Positions 58,144-64,000 of a DNA stretch of 64,000 nt are shown here, piece after piece. The notes beneath the pieces are model-generated. The model saw only the letters and a program-made list of their open reading frames with translations, did not search any database and had not been told where the DNA came from. Numbering within the stretch: the first letter of the stretch is position 1; each line of letters starts with the position of its first letter. The position numbers and the translations under genes are program-made. The stretch lies in NCBI RefSeq assembly GCF_009914755.1, contig NC_060930.1; one strand, given 5' to 3'. Origin of the DNA: the human T2T-CHM13v2.0 reference genome, Homo sapiens.

Positions 58144-60448
58144 TCGTTGCCAAATTAAAACAGATTCTGTTAACTAATTTGGTTTTCTAACCATAAAAAT
58201 CATTATGATTATTTTAAAGCATTTGGGAAGAAAGGGTTTACTTCCAGAGACATAGAGGATAAACATAACAAAATTAGGTTAATATTGTATATGCAGTTTA
58301 TATTCTACTTTTGTCACTTAATATTACAGAATAAGCCTGTTGCCACTTCATACAATTGTTTTGGAAAACATTATATTAAATATTTTTAAATATCACATTT
58401 AATGTATAAATAATAATTTATTTTTGGACATTTAAGTTGTTTCCAATCTTTTCTATGATAAGTAATTCTGCATTGGATATCTTCATACATCCTTAATCTT
58501 TGATTACCTCTCAAATTCTTTTTCTTTTTCTTTTAATTTTTTTGTTTGTTTTTTAAATTATGTTTTTTATAATGGAATCTTAGTAGTAATTCTTTAAGAA
58601 TACATATTGCAAAATTGCTTTACAAAAGGGTTGTACCCATTCAAACTCTCACCAGCAGTATACAAGAATGCCCATTAAAATAAACCCTTATAAACACTGA
58701 ATATTATTCTTTTAAATCTTTGTCCAAGATATTTCATTGACTTCATTGTTATTTTTCCAGATTGTTTTCAAATCAGGTTTTGGGAACTTTACTTATAGAT
58801 CTTGTACTGAGAAAGACAGACAGAATGGGAGAAAGAAAAAGAAAGAAGGTTTCCACTCCCAGAATTGTCCCAGGATTGCTCTGAAAGGCAAGTTACTTCC
58901 CTTTGTGGCATTTGAGTTGAGTAATTGCTGATATGTGGTCAGCGGGAGTTAGACACCACCACCCCACCATGTGGTCTGGTCATGTTTGCCTCTTGATGAA
59001 CTTTACCATTCTGAAATGTTGAGAGACATGTAGAGCAAAGGCTCAGTCATGCTCCTTGATTTGCATGGACTCAGAAGTCCTGTGAGAAATAACTTGAGCT
59101 CTGTTTACAACTAGAGGTAAGAGATGTGCAGACCTGAGAACCTGTGTATCCCCAAAGGAAACTGGAGTGGAAGGGGGACAGGGACGGCCTCAAGAAAAAC
59201 ACTACCATGAGTGCAAAGGAGTGGAGTAGAGTGGGCCAAGCTGCTCCACAGGGTCTGGATATTGAAGAGGGCATTGGTTCCAGAGAGAATGAGCAACTGA
59301 GTCAATCATCCCCTAAACCCTAAACTAGCCACTGAGACCTGAAAGAACAGTGTCCCAGGAGAGCAAACTGCTGTGCTGTAAGAACTTTCTTTTAAAGAGA
59401 AGTCACCGAAAGCGGAGATTTCCTATAGCTAATCGGAAAAGAACACCAGGAAGTTGTTCCCAGAAGATCAGCAGAGATAGGGGCAGGAATCCACAGGATA
59501 GGAGGGAGCTAGCTGTCCCAAAGAAGCTGATGTTGTTTCCAGTAGAAGAATGAAAGCTTTCAACAAAGCAGGAAGGTAAGAGGAGCCAAAACTCACCCAA
59601 TGGAGTCAGAGCCACCACTTTGATTACTTTAAGGGAGTAGCTCCAAACTTCAACCCAGCCCTTGCCCCTTATTCCTCAGGGATTTTTACATTTAAAATGA
59701 CCCTAGACAGGGTCATTCTCTTAGGAATTCATTAATCAAAAGGCCACAGCTTGGCAGTCAAACCAGTGGGTGCTCAGAGCATTGAGATGTGTGGGGTGCA
59801 AAGGTGAAAGATTATTCTCATCAATCAATAAAGCCTTTTTCATCTTTATGAAATTTATGGGCATGCTCTTATCTGTCTGGAACTGTACATCCCATTGTTT
59901 ATATAGGAAACATTTTTGTTTCTCAAATGTAAAACATGTTGGTTATTATAAATTCCAACTTTATAGATACAATTTTGTGACGATTGTTAATAATGGAGTG
60001 TGGATCCTTCTAAATAGTTTGCTTCCCTTAGAGAAAATGTAAACATATAGACTAACAAGAATATACAAACAGGTATATACAAACATACATACAGTACATA
60101 CATGTGAATATCACATGTTGATTAACAGCTTCAACTTCATATGAATAATTCATAAACCAGTTTCATTTTTCTATAATCCATGCTATGTCAAATCTCCTTT
60201 CCTTAGTGGGGAACAGATCCCTAATAATATCTTGGGCTGATGCTACAGCATTTCCAACACCTTATTATTAAGAGACAAATTCAATAATTTCCAGTTGACC
60301 ACTCAGATCTCATATCTGATGTAGATTTCATCTCCTCCACTTGCTGTGGGCCGTCCCTCCAGGGACCTGCAGTGGGTTTGCTCTTCAGCTTCTCCACCAA
60401 ATCATTCACTTCAGTTGAAGAGGAGGACAAAGGAGTCTGGAGTCTAGC

Positions 60449-60733
60449 TTTTTTTTTTTTTTTTTTTTTTTTGATGGTCTGAATCTTTTGCCCAGGCTGG
60501 AGTGCAGTGGTGCTATCTCAGCTCACTGCAACCTCCACCTTTCGGGTTCAAGCAATTCCGAGTAGCTGGGACTGCAGGCGCCCGCCATCGCACCCAGCTA
60601 ATTTTTGTATTTTCAGTAGAGACAGGTTTTGCCATGTTGCCCAGGCTGGTCTGAAACTCCAGACCTCAAGTGATCCTCCTGCCTCAGCCTCCCAAAGTGC
60701 TGGGATTACAGGGATGAGCCACTGCGCCTGGCC
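60449..60733 (-). mobile_element. AluS with internal deletion
   Basis: Poly-T followed by a reverse Alu. Confidence 0.9.
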
Positions 60734-61673
60734 AGGAGTCGGACTTATCTTTTCCTTTACCTTATTCAAGGTCTTATGTGTCTGGTGTTGGGGGTTGAAG
60801 GGTGTATGAGAGAGGATTTGTCTTTATTAACTGCCCACGGGCCTGGTTCTCTGTTGGTTGTTGCTGCTTCTCTCTTGCTCTGGCTAACTTTTAGATAGCG
60901 AGAGTCTGAAGATTTTCTCTCCTGTGGGCTCAACAATAAGTTCTGCAGGCTCTTTTCCAGAGGGGAATGCATTGGGAATGGAGAGGATGCCTTGGAGCAA
61001 CCCTTCTGCACAGCTCTCTGGAGTGGAGTTTGTCTCTGTATCTTTGTGTCTAGCTTTCACAACCCCGTCAGCCTCTGTGCTCTTGCCATCGGGGTCTCCT
61101 CATGTCCTGGTCAACTCTCATCTGTCTGCCGTTTGTCTCCAGTTCTGTCTTCACCTGTTCATGCAGATGCATAGTTGATGAAGCAACTACTTAGGCTAAA
61201 ATCCAAAAAATTCCTTTGGGGAACAAGATGCCAGTTTCAGATTTTTTTTTCAGGTACCTTCAATGTCTTAAGCAATTATCATGCCCCTCTTTTCCTTACT
61301 TGATTTGTGTACAGGGAGAAGCATCCCCTTACCTTTTTCCGTGGGAAGTCAGTGGAGAATTAACAGGGTTTTCATGTATACCAAGAACATCTGACTCCAC
61401 AGATTTTTTTTCCCTACCTTACCACTATCCAAGATCTCCTATTTATAGGGCTATTGGGGAGCCCTGAGGCAATGGTTGAGACTGGAGGAAGGAGGATGCC
61501 CAGGGATAATGAGTGGAGGTAGTAGTGAGAATTTGCCTAGTTGCTTATAAGCTCTAATAGTGTTGTCAGCCCACAAATGTTTGAGCTTTCTTAAAATAGG
61601 ACACTTGATGCCTCTCTGTCCACAGTTTATAGCCTTAGGTATCAATTTTAAGAAACCTGCAAAGCCCCACTCA

Positions 61674-62051
<378 letters not shown>

Positions 62052-62519
62052 CTATAATTTCATTGTGTGGATAGCATAATTAATGTATATTATATATATT
62101 TAAACATTTCTCTATTTAGAGAATATATACACATATATTATTTATATCCATTATTTATAGCTAAATTGCTTATTATTTTCCCTGTTACAAACAACACTAA
62201 AGTAAACATTTTTATTCTTAAATCACTGATGTTAGTATTTGTATACAGTAGATCCTTACAAGTAGGATTCCTGATCTTTTTGAATTTTGGGCGTTGCTCT
62301 CCTCCAAATTTGAAAAAGTTCATACTCCCAGTATTGAGATTTCGTCACACTCTTGACAATATTAAGTGTTACCAAATTTTTAAAATTTTCACTGAGGACA
62401 TCTGCTTCCAGGAAACTGAAGTAGATGTATTTTTCTCTATTCTGACGGCTAAGTACCACTAAAAACCCTGGACATAATATATATTAAGCAAACATAAGAC
62501 TCTGAAACCAGCCAGGGAC

Positions 62520-64000
<1,481 letters not shown>

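Overview
Human genomic DNA containing the complete TCF21 gene on the + strand (bHLH transcription factor Pod-1/capsulin/epicardin; chromosome 6q23.2 from recall). The CDS is split over 42132-42581 and 44447-44536 and gives the 179-aa protein. The sequence supports two 3' ends: a short unspliced 3'UTR (AATAAA at 44965) and a long spliced terminal exon (about 45889-48272). The antisense lncRNA TARID is known to overlap this locus. There are CpG-rich islands at about 6.9-8.1, 41.8-43.0, 43.9-44.7, 45.5-46.1 and 48.4-49.2 kb. The rest is mostly interspersed repeats: about 16 Alus, a near full-length old L1PA, a young L1PA fragment, MaLR/ERVL LTRs, Tigger and Ricksha DNA transposons, and MIR/L2. 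The other ORFs in the track are repeat-derived or GC-rich shadow frames. I found no new multi-gene system. The most interesting signals are regulatory. (1) The base matching coronary-disease SNP rs12190287 is the G allele here, and it completes a consensus splice donor (TCG|GTGAGT) inside the long 3'UTR exon. (2) The TCF21 intron-1 branch point doubles as a consensus antisense splice donor. (3) Several unusual repeat architectures are present. rsIDs, lncRNA names and repeat subfamilies are from recall or by-eye recognition and need database confirmation.
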